64,000 bases of DNA from Octopus vulgaris (taxonomy: Eukaryota), in contig OX597815.1 in NCBI GenBank assembly GCA_951406725.2, positions 160,952,001 through 161,016,000 of the forward strand, in the 5' to 3' direction. Below, in pieces: positions 1-11,910 of this stretch. The notes under the pieces were generated by a model. That model worked only from the letters and a program-made list of their open reading frames with translations, did not search any database and was not told the origin of the DNA. Positions within the stretch are counted from its first letter, which is position 1. Each line of letters begins with the position of its first letter. A program made the translations under genes and the position numbers.

Positions 1-164
1 AAGAGTTGGTAGCACTTCAAGTGACCATCCATTCTTCCATCTATCTATCCACTCAGCTATCCGTCTATCATACACACATACATTCACACCCTTTCTATAG
101 AATTTATGAAGTATATGTGTAGTCATATTTATATTTAAATGTGTATGCGTGTAAAGGGAAGAGA

Positions 165-329
165 GAGAGAAAAAGGAGCATATATCCTGAATGTACAGGT
201 ATATATAATGGTTTCTCTTTCAGAATGTTAGGCCAGAGCTTGACAGAGAGAAAAAGAAGCATATATCCTTAATGTACAGGTATATATAATGGTTTCTCTT
301 TCAGAATGTTAGGCCAGAGCTTGACAGAG
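165..329. repeat. 81-bp tandem duplication (2 copies)
   Basis: 'atatatcct..aatgtacaggtatatataatggtttctctttcagaatgttaggccagagcttgacagaga' occurs at 180 and 261 with only about 2 mismatches. Confidence 0.9.
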
Positions 330-1021
330 AAACAGTGTTGAGTCAGAGAAGGCTGGTGCATTGCATTTTTTTCTTATTTCATTTTCCCAATTATGGTGAC
401 AGTAATAACAGCAATAGCAGTAACGATAATACTAATGCTAATGAACCAAGTAGGATTTGAAACCGGTATAGAGATGCATCAAAATACATTGCAGTATTTC
501 TTATAGCCAGAATAACTCTGCATATTCCAACTATTAATATGCAAAAGTATTATCATCCTGGCTAAATCATGATTTTATAGTGTTTCTACCATGAATATCA
601 ACTAAATTAGGACTAATATCATTTGTATTTTCTGTTAAGATGACAGAAACAATACAAATATTACTAGGAAAATACATTAACTTCACTTAGATAAATTCGA
701 TTGGCACTGATAAGAGTTCTAAGGAAGCAATGAAGTGATATAGACCTGCATATACATATAAATTAAGCGACATATATCTGGTTAGTTCATTTGATTGTAG
801 TTGACATGTAAATACATAGCAAACTTTTACCTGTTATCAGTTATTTGTGTTTCTTTGTCAAATAGCTGAGCTTGTCATTGGAATTATTTGCATCTTTGAC
901 CAAAACTGTTGATTTGAATTAATTCATTTCTCAGATGAACGTGCTTTAACCATAGTCATATCAAACATGTACCAGTGTGTGCAAATGTATGTTCATATTT
1001 GACTGTTACTACAGCAACTGG

Positions 1022-1108
1022 TTCTTCTTCTTCTTCTTCTTCTTCTTCTTCTTTTTCTTCTTCTTCTTCTTCTTCTTCTTCTTCTTCTTCTTCTTCTTCT
1101 TCTTCTTC

Positions 1109-1143
<35 letters not shown>

Positions 1144-1172
1144 CTATTATTATCAATATTATTATGATTATT
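1022..1172. repeat. Compound microsatellite (TTC)n followed by (TTA)n
   Basis: Directly visible; it explains the poly-E/S/F ORFs at 956-1270. Confidence 0.95.
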
Positions 1173-1175
1173 AGG

Positions 1176-1512
1176 AAGGCACATGACTCAGTGGTTAGAG
1201 TGTCGAGTGCACAATCATGAGATAGTGAGTTTGATACCCGGACTGGGCTGTGTGTTGTGTTCTTGAGCAAGACATTTTATTTCATCTTGCTCCAGTTCAC
1301 TCAGCTGTAGAAATGAGTTGCAACATCACTGGTGCCAAGCTGTATCAGCCTTTGCCTTTCTCTTGGATAACACCGGTGGAATTGAGAGGGGAGGCTGGTA
1401 TGCATGAGCAACTGCTGGTCTTCCATAGACAACCTTGCCCAGAATTGTGTCTCAGAGGGGATCCTTCTATGAAAATCTCATGGTCATTCATGACCAAAGG
1501 GAGTCTTTACAC
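1176..1512 (+). mobile_element. tRNA-derived SINE, family C (representative copy)
   Basis: A-box-like 'tgactcagtggttagag' and B-box-like 'gagtttgatacc' head; body 'cttgagcaagaca..ttgctccagttcactcagctgtag' recurs at about 16312-16600(+), 22725-23065(-), 49700-50043(-), 60700-60892(-), 15020-15530(-). Confidence 0.8.
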
Positions 1513-4243
1513 TTCTTTCTTTTATGTTTATTTATGTAACCCCACATAATATTATCCTATACTGTCCCCAGTATTTTTCTTTTTGTGAAACCTTAGCTGT
1601 AAATAGAGAAAGTATTTATAGTATTATTGTTATTATTATTATCTAAGGTGGAGAACTGGCAAAACTGTTAGCCCACTGAGCAAAGTGTTTAGAGGCATTT
1701 TGTTTGTCTTTACATTCTATGTTCAAATGTTGCTGAGATCAACTTTGCCTTTCATCCTTTTGGTATTGATAAAATAAGTACCAGACGAGCACTGGGGTCT
1801 ATGTAATTAACTTACTCCTCTCTCTTAAAATTTCTTGCTTTGTACCAAAATTCAAAGCCATTATTTTTTACTGTTATGATGGTGGTAGTAGGGAAGATGA
1901 CAAGTATACTCTCCATCAGTATATATTTATAATAAGTAACCAGTAAGATTCAATAGTGACCAATCAGCTTTGACAAATAGCAAGTATAAGACCTGTTGAA
2001 AGGAAAGCTTTTTGAAAACCAAATGCATTGCTTTACTGTGGAACTAATCAGACTTGTTCTCATTTAGAATATTTCCTTCCACTGTTGATACACTTTTTAT
2101 GAGATATTTTCTGCTTTAGGAATGAGAATGAAACTCTCATAGAGAGATTTCTTTGATATGTTTTACCAAATAAAACTGATGTGGATTTCAGCTTTAGGAA
2201 CAACTAAAAATGTTCACTACAGCTAAAGGAAAATGAGAAAAATGAAAAGAAAAATGTAAAGAAGGTTGATGCAAAAATTGATTTCTAAGACAAAAGAGAC
2301 AGATCCTGTTTTTCTTACTTTTCTTTTCTTTCTTCTTATTTCACTTTTTGCATGAATCTACTTCATGCTTTTCTTCTTGGTTTTTGATTTCTCATGTTTT
2401 CTCAAGGACCAGCATCCTGAATTTCAAAATAGGTCTAACAGTTTTCACTGAGCCTGAAAGATTGCTTGGTGACACATAACAATTTATATAAATCAGTTAA
2501 ATTCTTGTATCTCTACAGCATGAAAATGTTAGTAGCACTTTTTTGCACCCACTACACTCTTGGCGGGGTTGGCATTAGGAAGGGCATCCAGCTGTAGAAA
2601 CTCTGCCAGATCAGATTGAAGCCTAGTGCAGCCATCTGGTTTGCCAGTCCTCAGTCAAATCGTCCAACCCATTCTAGCATGGAAAGCGGACGTTAAACGA
2701 TGATGATGAGGCTTCTTTCAGTTACCATCTACCAAATCCACTCATGGAGCTATAGTAAAAGATACTTGCCCAAGGTGCAATGCCATAGGACTGAGCCTAG
2801 AATCATTCTTTTGAGAAGCCAACTTCTTACCACATAGCCATGCCTAAACATATATTCATCCAGAAATGTGGAAATTTATAGTTGTTCATCTGTAAAAGTG
2901 GAAATAAAAGTAATGTCATCTGATTTTTCATTTCAGTATTTATATAGATTTGTGTATGTGATTGTAGTGTGTGTGTGTGTGAAAGAGAGAGAGAGAGAGA
3001 GAGAGAGAGTGTGTGTGTGTGAATATATGAAACTGCACACGTGTATACTTGGATATATGTGCTTAGGTGAAATATTTCATTCAGTCTCTTCTTTTATCAG
3101 AAAAATTGTCAGTTCTTGGAAACAAATGTGAGACAGATATAAAAATGAAACTTGAATGTTCTTTATATATATATATATGTGTGTGTTTATATACATATGT
3201 ATGCATATATACACACACATATACATATACACATATAAATGTACCTACATATACAGATATATACATATAATACATATAATATACCTACATACACACACAC
3301 ACTCACACACATAAATATATGAGAATAAAACAAAAGAATTTATAAATACTTTATGATAATTTTCATCTTCCTCATTCTCTTTGTACTATATCTAGTGATA
3401 ATATCTTCTGGGTTTGGAATCATTTGATGCCATTGTAGGGATATGAGAGCATCTGGAAATGTATACAATATATTTATCTTTTGTTGATATTTATACTGGC
3501 AATGCTGGATCCAAGGTTCTCGTTTTCTTTTTTTACTGTTTCTCATAATAGAAGTATCTTCCCCACCCATCTTCCCACAGGCACATATATTGCAGAAAGC
3601 TAAGAACTATTACAGGAACCAATGAAAGGTGATAGCATTTGTCGCCAGATAAGGTACAGTCTGATAGCAGGCTTCTGGTGGTATCTGATTATTGTTATTA
3701 TTTCCATCAATCTTATTAGTATTTATCTTTTATTCTTTACTTGTTTCAGTCATTGGGGTGAGACCATACTGGAGCACTACCATGGCAGATTCTGTCAAGC
3801 AAAAATCAACAACTGCTGTACTCATTTGCTTTTTTTTAAAAAAAGCCTGATACTTTTTCTATTGGTTTCTTTTTGCCAAACTGCAAATTTATGGAGATAT
3901 AAACAAACCAACACCGGATGTCAAGCAGTGGAGGAAAAACACAAATGCATAGATTCACACACACACACACACATGATAGGTTTCTTTCAGTTTCCACTCA
4001 CAAGGTTTTGGTCAACCCAGTACAACAGTAGTGGCACCTGCCCAAGATGCCATGCAGTGGGACTGAACCCAGACCCATGTGGTTGGAAAACAAACTTTTT
4101 GCCACATTGCCATGCCTCCTTCTTCACTTTCTTTATAATATTATTGAATTCATCATCACCTTCATCACCCTCATCATTGTCATCATCATGTTACACATGA
4201 AAAATATTTTTCACAGATTAATCAAACTCACATCACTATTATC

Positions 4244-4280
<37 letters not shown>

Positions 4281-4971
4281 GATTATTATTATTTGTAGTG
4301 TTGAGCTCATAGAACCGTTAGCACATTGGGCAAAATACTTAGTGCTATTTCATCCATCTTTAAGTTCTGAGTTCAAATACTGCCAAGGTTGACTTAGCCT
4401 TTCACTCTTTCAAGGTCGATAAAATAAGTGCCAGTTGGGCACTGAAATCGATGTAATCAACTTACCTCCTACTCTGAAATTGCTGGCCTTGTGCCAAAAT
4501 TTGAAATCTATCTATTATCTTCTTACTTATTTTCCTGTCTCCGCTTTATATTTTCTCTCTCTGTTCAATTAAAATTTTGAGTGTAATTTCTTCTATGAAT
4601 ATATTCTTTTCAATTAGTAACTTTCTCCTAAACATTGCTATTGTGCTCTGTTATTGTTTACAGTTATTAACCCTAACTAAGGCAGGTCAACAATGAATTT
4701 TAGAAAACATAATTGTTATGCTAGCTAAAAATTGCAAGATCCTACAATAAATATTCAGTTGTTTTATGTCTTATAATTACAGTTCACTCCCAAACTTTCA
4801 TGAAGTTATCACCATTATTATTATTAATGCAGCAAGCTTGCAGAATCATTAACACACCAGACAAAATGCTTAGTGGCATTTCATCTGTCTTGACCCTCTG
4901 TGTTCAAATTCCACTGAGGTCAACTTTGCTTTTCATCCTTTTTTTCATTCTTTTTCCTTTTACCAATTACA

Positions 4972-5041
4972 AAATTCAATACTGATGATGCCTTCCTATC
5001 AAAATAGGAAGGCAGAATTTCCTCGTTTATATTTTGAATTT
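4972..5041 (+). ncRNA. Hammerhead-like motif with perfect 11-bp stem II (A15.1 altered, probably inactive)
   Basis: CTGATGA (4982-4988), TGCCTTCCTAT/CAAA/ATAGGAAGGCA, GAA (5015-5017); flanks AAATTCAATA / TATT-TT-GAATTT can form stem I. Confidence 0.55.
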
Positions 5042-5073
5042 CTGTGTTTCTGCAGTTGTTTTCATTTTAGATT

Positions 5074-5116
5074 TTGAACCTGAAGAAGACAGATGATCTA
5101 TTGAAATATAGTTCAA
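5074..5116 (+). ncRNA. Degenerate minimal type-I hammerhead ribozyme (PLE-type)
   Basis: TTGAAC-CTGAAGA-A-GACAGA(tga)TCTATT-GAAA-TA-TA-GTTCAA: 6-bp stem I, intact core, imperfect stem II, ATAT palindromic stem III; AATAAA follows at about 5124. Confidence 0.6.
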
Positions 5117-5171
5117 TCCATTAAATAAACAATCTATTACAAATCACATCATGCTCTTCTTATTGTCTATT

Positions 5172-5285
5172 TACCTTCGTGAAGAGTTGCATCAATCTTT
5201 ATAAAATATTATTATTTTTATTATTAATATTAATAATAATAATAATAATATTTTATAAAGATTGATGCAACTCTTCACGAAGGTA
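5172..5285. repeat. 114-bp near-perfect spacerless palindrome
   Basis: taccttcgtgaagagttgcatcaatctttataaaatatt... mirrored by ...aatattttataaagattgatgcaactcttcacgaaggta; centre 5228/5229, one mismatch. Confidence 0.95.
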
Positions 5286-5550
5286 TATTATTTAAGATAG
5301 AGAGCTGGCAAAATTATTAGCACACCAGGCAAAATGTTTAGTGGCATTTTGTTTGTCCTTACATTCTGAATTCAAATGCTGTTACGGCCAACTTTGCCTT
5401 TCATCCTTTTGAGGTCAATAAATTAAATACCAATTGTGTTCTAGGGTCGATCTAATCAACTGGCCCCCTCCCCCAAAATTTTGAGCCTTGTGATTAAAGT
5501 AGAAGAGGTTATTATTATTATTATTATTGTTGTTGTTGTTGTTGTTATTG

Positions 5551-5999
5551 AGTAAGAGAGCAGTGCATGCCATCAAAGTGACGCTGGGGTAAAATATATG
5601 AAACCCAGTATACCCATCATGACTACTCGTCTGATAAGGGTTCACTAGGCACATGCATCTTAACCATGTGTGCATGACATGGTGATCTCATATCAAGATA
5701 AACAGCACATGACCTTGCAGGTGGGGCTCAGTTAGAATTTTCTTCTGGTCAAGTAACCCATCCTGCTCAAAAGGTCCCTGAATAAGGGTTGTTTAAGGAT
5801 GTTGAACAAAACATCCATGTTTCCAGAGGTGAATTATTCAAACCACAAAGAATCCCTCTCAACACATGGCTATGATGCACCCCCACTACTTCTGCTCATG
5901 ATCAGAGATGCACATATCACGAGCCACTAAGGGACATGCTCAACTGGTTAAGATCAAACAACTGACAAGCAAATCTGGGGTATTGAGCAGAATATTTGC
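5551..5999 (-). mobile_element. Non-autonomous interspersed repeat abutting an (AAC)n/(AAT)n tract (possibly R4/Dong-mobilised)
   Basis: Higher-GC block ending at the microsatellite 5509-5550; partial second copy at about 56307-56355 (agccactaaggg..caactggttaag.tcaa.caactga). Confidence 0.5.
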
Positions 6000-6532
6000 T
6001 GGTATTTTTTTCAGCTCTTCATATTCTGTGTTGAAATCTCACTTATCGTATTTTCATTTTCAAGTTTGATCATGCCTGTGATTAAATTTAGACTTGACAA
6101 GAACTAAGTAACAAGAAATGAAGTTAGCTGTTACATTTTATTGGTTGAACAGTCTGCCCTTAATGTTAGTATCTTTCTATTTTTGTCATTACAAAAGGCT
6201 TGAAATTGGTCATATCCAATTAAAATCAAACAACAATCTGATTTTGCTTTTATACCATATTTCAAAAAAATTATTACCTTTCACTCTCGTCCAATTGCAG
6301 AATATTTGCCATAAAGTAGTCTTTCTCTCCAGTTTTATCTTTGGTATATTTTGGATTTTTAAAAAATTTAGTTTAATATTTAAAAGAATATTATTTTGCC
6401 TTTATTTAAAACTTCAGTATAGTTAGTTAGCTTCCAGTTTATATTTTATCATTTCATATATATATAGACAGATAGATACATCTATATGTATATATGAATA
6501 TATGTATAGACATATGCATGTGTGTGTATGTG

Positions 6533-6580
<48 letters not shown>

Positions 6581-7127
6581 TGTATGTATGCATGCTCTTT
6601 TATTCTTTTACTTGTTCCAACCATTTTACTGTAGCTGTGCTGGAGCACTGTCTTAATCGAAGAAATCGATCCCAGGACTTACTCTTTGTAAGCCTAGAAC
6701 TTATTCTAGCAGTCTCTTTTGCCAAACCACTAAGTTACGGGGACATAAACACACCAACATTGGTTGTCAGGTGATGGCAGGTGACAAACGCAGACACACA
6801 CACACATGTATATACAACGGGTTTCTTTCAGTTTCTGTCTACCAAATCAACTCACAAGGTTTTGGTCAACCTAAGGCTATAGTAGAAGGCACTTACCCAA
6901 GGTGCTACATAGCAAGACTGAACCTAGAACCATGTGGTTGGGAAGCAAGCTTCTTACCACACAGCCATGCCAGCACCTATCATCATCATCATCGTTTAGC
7001 GTCCGCTTTCCATGCTAGCATGGGTTGGACACCTATATATATAAAGTAAAAATTTAGATTCAGATGAATATGGTACTTAAATTGAGGCACCAGAATTTAG
7101 TATGGTATTATCCATACAATTTCAAAA

Positions 7128-7220
7128 TAAGGTGATTAAAATCAAAATAAGCCACAAGGATATCCATTATTGCATTACCTCTGGATATCCTTGTTGCTTA
7201 TTTTGATTTTAATCACCTTA
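7128..7220. repeat. 39-bp inverted repeat with 15-nt spacer
   Basis: 7128-7166 versus 7182-7220, one mismatch. Confidence 0.93.
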
Positions 7221-7329
7221 ATTTGATATACATACATACATACATACATACATACATACATACATACATGTACATACATATAACTATATGTATACACACA
7301 CGTTTCTATACTTTTTGTTATTTTTTTTA

Positions 7330-8190
7330 CACTAGTCATTTTCCACTTGCTTGACTTTATTTTTATAATAGTTTTCTATTTGTATCAAACACCCATCCTC
7401 TCTGTTTGCAGGTTAAGTATCTTCTATTTATATCAGTTTATTTACAATGTTGTTAGAAGTTTCCTGGTTTTTCTGCCTAAGCTCTTCACTTCCAATTTGT
7501 TATGTTGAAGCTGTACTTTATAATTGGGATGGCTAGTGTATTTATAACTGTTATTTTTAGCGTTAAGTTCAGGTAATAATTTTAATCTGACTCCACTTTT
7601 CTAATTTTCTATGTGTAGCATCTTATCAGCTTCATCTATTCTTAAGTATAAATATCAGTGGTTCTAGTTTCATTCTTTGATTTCAGTGTCTGTATCTAAT
7701 TTAATGTTCTCAGTTTTTTAAGTTAATTTCCATCTACTAATAGTAGCTTGTGTACATTTTCCTAATCACACACTCATTTTTATGTCTTGGTTGAATTTAT
7801 GAACAATATTTCATAATTTTTTAAACTGGGTAATATCACTTGTGAATATTTTAAAGTCATCTACATAGAGATGTTTTATAGTTTGTTTATAACATCTAAC
7901 ACCATTTATTGATGATTTTGTGCTATAGAATTATCAAAGGAGTAAGAGCTAAGCAGAAGAGTAGAAGACATAATGAATCTCTCAGGAATATTTCTTTTCA
8001 TGTGGGTACAGAGCTGGTTGAAAATATCTTCTCTTTGCTTTGTAGTGATATGGTCAGTTTTCATTTCAACATGGTTGAGTTATTTTATTGTTAGGGATGC
8101 TTCATTTAATTCGAAATATCTTTTTTATTCGAGAATGTGGTATTCCACCAAATGCTTTTCCATAATCAATGTAGGTCATGCAAAGGGACA
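7330..8190 (-). pseudogene. Decayed non-LTR retrotransposon reverse transcriptase, R4/Dong-like
   Basis: Minus-strand translation gives LCMTYIDYGKAFGGIPHSRI (about 8125-8185), IFLRDSLCLLLFCLALTPL (about 7935-7992), IKHLYVDDFKIF (YVDD at 7856-7867) and INTLAIP (about 7526-7546); many stops and frameshifts; 5' end abuts a (TTA)n tract. Confidence 0.8.
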
Positions 8191-9024
8191 ATTATCTTTA
8201 TTATTATTATTGTTATTATTATTATCATTATTATTATTCTTATTACTGATAAGGTGATGAATTGGTTGAATCGTTAGCACACTGAGCAAAATGCTTAATG
8301 ACGTTTTGTCTGTCTTTATGTTCTAAGTTCAAATTCCGCTAAGGTTCACTTTGCCTTTTATCCTCTCAGGATCGATACAATAAGTACCAGTTGAGCACAG
8401 GTGTCAATGTAATTGACTTAACCCTTCCACCGAAATTGCTGGCCTTGTGCCAAAATTTGGAACCATTATTAATGTTGTTATGGCAGCAAGCTTGCAGCAT
8501 CATATATACAGTGGACAAAATGCATGGTTAAATTCAAAGCAATGTGAATAAATGAACATTAAATGGCACTGCACCAGTTATGACAATGAGGGTTCCAGTT
8601 GATCCAGTCAACAGAACAACCTGTTAGTGAAACCAACGTGCAAAGGATACTTAACTTTCAAAAGGTTTCATGCCTGTCTTGACTGTCAAGACCTTCTGGC
8701 AAGCAGTCTATATCCCAATACAGCCAATGATCCATGTCCCATACTTTATTTTTTAACAATGAATATTATCCTGATCTCTAACTCTGTAGGGGTCTAAATA
8801 TCAATTCTTTTAATCTCTTTGTATCTACAGTTTTACATCTATACAATTACTCCATTACTTTGAATTTTTGTGGGCTGTGATGGTTAAGTCATACCAGGCC
8901 TTATTTCATTTACATAATTTTTTTAAAATCACAACAACATAAGAAATGTTCCCTTTTATTTTCGTTACTTGTTTCAGTCATTGGACTGTGGCCATGTTTT
9001 GACACCATCTTGAATGGTTTAACC

Positions 9025-9376
9025 CAGGGGTTCTCAACCATTTCTTATCTATGGACCCTTTTGGTTATTATTTTATTTTGGTGAACTGTGCCCCCTAATC
9101 ATTTGTTGTTTAAAAAATAGTTTTATAAACACTTCTTTCAAAATTCCTATTTCATTTCAGACACATTAACTTGCGTAGGCTGAACTGTGTAAAACGCCAG
9201 AGAAAGAATCCTAGCTGTTTCATTGCTTTTAATACTAATGTATACGTCTAGAGCAAAAACTTTTTCAGAGGCCCTTAAAATACTATTGTAGATCCTAGTT
9301 TATTATTTTGTTGTGTGGGCCCCGCAAATCTTATACAACCCTCAGGGACCATATGGACCCTGGTTGAGAACCATGG
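9025..9376. mobile_element. hAT-like MITE nested in a family-B SINE
   Basis: TIRs CAGGGGTTCTCAACCA / TGGTTGAGAACCATGG; 8-bp TSD gtttaacc/gtttaatc; related copies at about 32715-32965 and 45525-45870. Confidence 0.85.
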
Positions 9377-9842
9377 GTTTAATCAAACAAATCGATCCCA
9401 GTACTTATTTTCTCCAGTTTGGACTTAATTTACTGATCTTTTTTTGCCAAACTTTTAAGTTAGAAGGATGTACAACAACTCTGTTTGACAAGCGGTTGAG
9501 AGACAAAATCAAACACAAAACAAATGTGCACATACATACATACACACATATACACAATGAGCTTTCACACAATTTCCATTTACCAAATTCTCTTACAGAG
9601 CATTGGCAGACCTCTAGCTATAGAGGACACTTTACCAAGATACCATACACTGGAACTGAATCTGAAACAACAAGGTTGCAAAATGAGCTTCTTCACCAAA
9701 CAACCATACCTGTGCCTATGAATGAGATCAATAATTAATACTTTATTAAATAATTACTACAGGGAGAATATATGATAACAGTTGTTTTATGAACGTAATA
9801 AGGACAATCCTTACAAGCAAATCAAGAAACATTTGTACCACC

Positions 9843-10178
9843 AGTCTAACACCCATGGACATGTTTACAAAGTCAGAAAACAGCACAGTTCCCATGACTT
9901 TTGGAAACATTTTTCACGCTAAGAGTTGCTGAAGCATGGAACAAACTGCCAACATCAGTTGTTAGTTGTCGGAGTACTGCATCCTTCAAAACTTCCATGC
10001 TTCCTGAGATTTGCCAACACTACACCTGATTTTCTCCCCCCATACACATGCAAGCATGTATCTGACTCATACACTGTTCGCTTCCCAGATATCTGTACAT
10101 TACTGTATATGCTTTATATGCACTTTTGACAAGTTGTGGTGCACCTGAGCACTGTATACAATAATTTCATTATATTAT
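9843..10178 (+). mobile_element. CR1/L2-type LINE 3' fragment
   Basis: Translates (one frameshift) to SNTHGHVYKVRKQ..KHF/TLRVAEAWNKLPTSVVSCRSTASFK, matching the CR1 ORF2 C-terminal pattern TRGH..FF..RV...WN.LP..VV...S...FK; 3' UTR ends in an AT tail. Confidence 0.8.
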
Positions 10179-11729
10179 AGTATATATTAATATTGAATTT
10201 GCTTTGCACCCAAGAACAAATGGGAGAATGAGGCATGATTCATTTTACATTTGCAAAGCCTGCATTTTTTAAAAACTTGCTCTATTTAAATTATCTAGTG
10301 TATATAATTTTCTGTAACAATGAGCTCAGCAAGATTAATTTAGCTTAGATGAACCATATGAAAACAATATTTACTGTGGTGTCCACAGTCAAATATTCCA
10401 TAGCTATTATAATCATGCATTGAAGGTGATATGTTTATTCCTTTATTCTAATATTCCTTTCTACTATAGGCACAAGGCCTGAAATGTTGGGAGAGAAGGA
10501 GCTAGTTGATTACATTGACCCTGAAAGGATGAAAGACAAAGTTGACCTCTGTGGAATTTGTATTAAGAATGTAAAGACGGATAAAAATGTTATCTAGAAT
10601 TTTGTCTGGCTTGCTAATGATTCTGCCAATTTGCTGCCTTCCTTATTTTAATATTAGATTTATTAACCCAAACACTATCAACAAATGTTTGCCTTAGTAA
10701 TATTTAGTAATATCCAGGGATGTTTCCTCAGTCATATTTTAAACCAGTTGTCATCAAATTAGGATATCTTTGTTTTATTTCTTCCCTGTATTTTTTAAAG
10801 TTCTGCTATGTTGCTTTCCTAGACTAATAACCATAATGACAATGTTATTCTTCTACATTCCTTATATGCTTTGCTAGGATGATGCAAAAAATATAAAACA
10901 TATGGCATGAATTTCATGTGTAGTTTTCTCCTTAAGGCAGGAATTAAGTTGTTTGTTTTTTCCTTTGGAGCAAGGCTTATGTTTGCTTTCTTAATGGAAA
11001 GAAAATAAACAACAGATCAAATAAAAATCAGCTGTCCTGTTATACTAATGGCAAATTTTTAAAGTTTTTATTTCGTAATCTTATTTTTACTTATGCCATT
11101 TCCCTTTAATAAAACACTCATTTTTTTTCTGTAAACACCATTTTCTTATCTTCCTTAAATATCATAAACTTCTACCGCAATAACAAAAGATAAACAAAAT
11201 TAAACTAAAAAAGTGTATATGTACAATAGTGATATCCTGCATTAATATCCAAGATCTTTTATTGTCATAAAAGTTCTTGGACATATCTTTAATATTTTAG
11301 TATATGTTTGAGATTTAAGTTATCTTTTCCATTATTTTCTATAATGGAACTTTAATGTTTGTATAAAAATGAAAACATTAATTGGTTTACATTTTACAAA
11401 CATTAGTAAAACACTATAAAAATATGTTAAATGTATAAATGCGTCTTCTATACAAATAATAAACACATATATAACAGCTTTTGCAAATGGTTCTAAAGTA
11501 GAATAATGAAGGGAGCTGAATGGTAAAGGTATAAACTAATATCATCTTACAAAAATAAAAAGTCAAAGGAAACTTATTATAGGTGGTGCTCCAGCATGGC
11601 TGCAGTCAAATGACTGAAACGAGTAAAAGAATAAAAGAATAGTTCAAGTAAACTTTTTTCTATTTCAGGGTTGTGCAGATATATTGGTAATGATTTTCTA
11701 TATGACGCTGGTGGGAGATGAGTTGCTGC

Positions 11730-11910
11730 TATTTCTAGTGGTCAAGCATTCATCATCAACAAGACCAAGGAAGATCGAATTCATGTGATCTGGTGGTCTC
11801 AGTGCTGGAAATGGCGATGATTTATCTCCCCACTACCAATATAAATAAGAGTGACATTTGCACCAAAAGCCTATATGAGGGTTTCTCTCGTGGTATCTAC
11901 AGCAGTATGG
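11730..11910 (+). mobile_element. Hammerhead-bearing repeat, copy 1 (highly decayed core)
   Basis: Homologous to the reverse complement of 49330-49510 (gatttatctccccacta..aatataaa..tttgcaccaaaa..tatgag..tttctc..tgg.atctac); HHR-shaped segment at 11750-11796. Confidence 0.65.

Noticed and set aside
1176-1250. tRNA genes at SINE heads
   Set aside because: A/B-box-like heads continue into SINE bodies and lack a full cloverleaf
956-1270. Poly-E/N/S/F ORFs, and similar Y/I/C/V/T/H-rich ORFs at 3067, 28254, 42813, 52123, 61518
   Set aside because: Translations of microsatellites, not genes
2319-2416. Minus-strand exon-like segment (cag|...|gtaag)
   Set aside because: Stops in all three frames and a weak pyrimidine tract; no transcript evidence
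3622-4200. 192-aa ORF, and the recurring 'PKVPRSGTEPGTMW' peptides at 38936, 59591 and elsewhere
   Set aside because: Antisense read-through of family-B SINE copies
10690-10900. Possible pogo/Tigger transposase relic on the minus strand (DDNWFKI*LRKHP)
   Set aside because: Only one short motif; not supportable without a profile search
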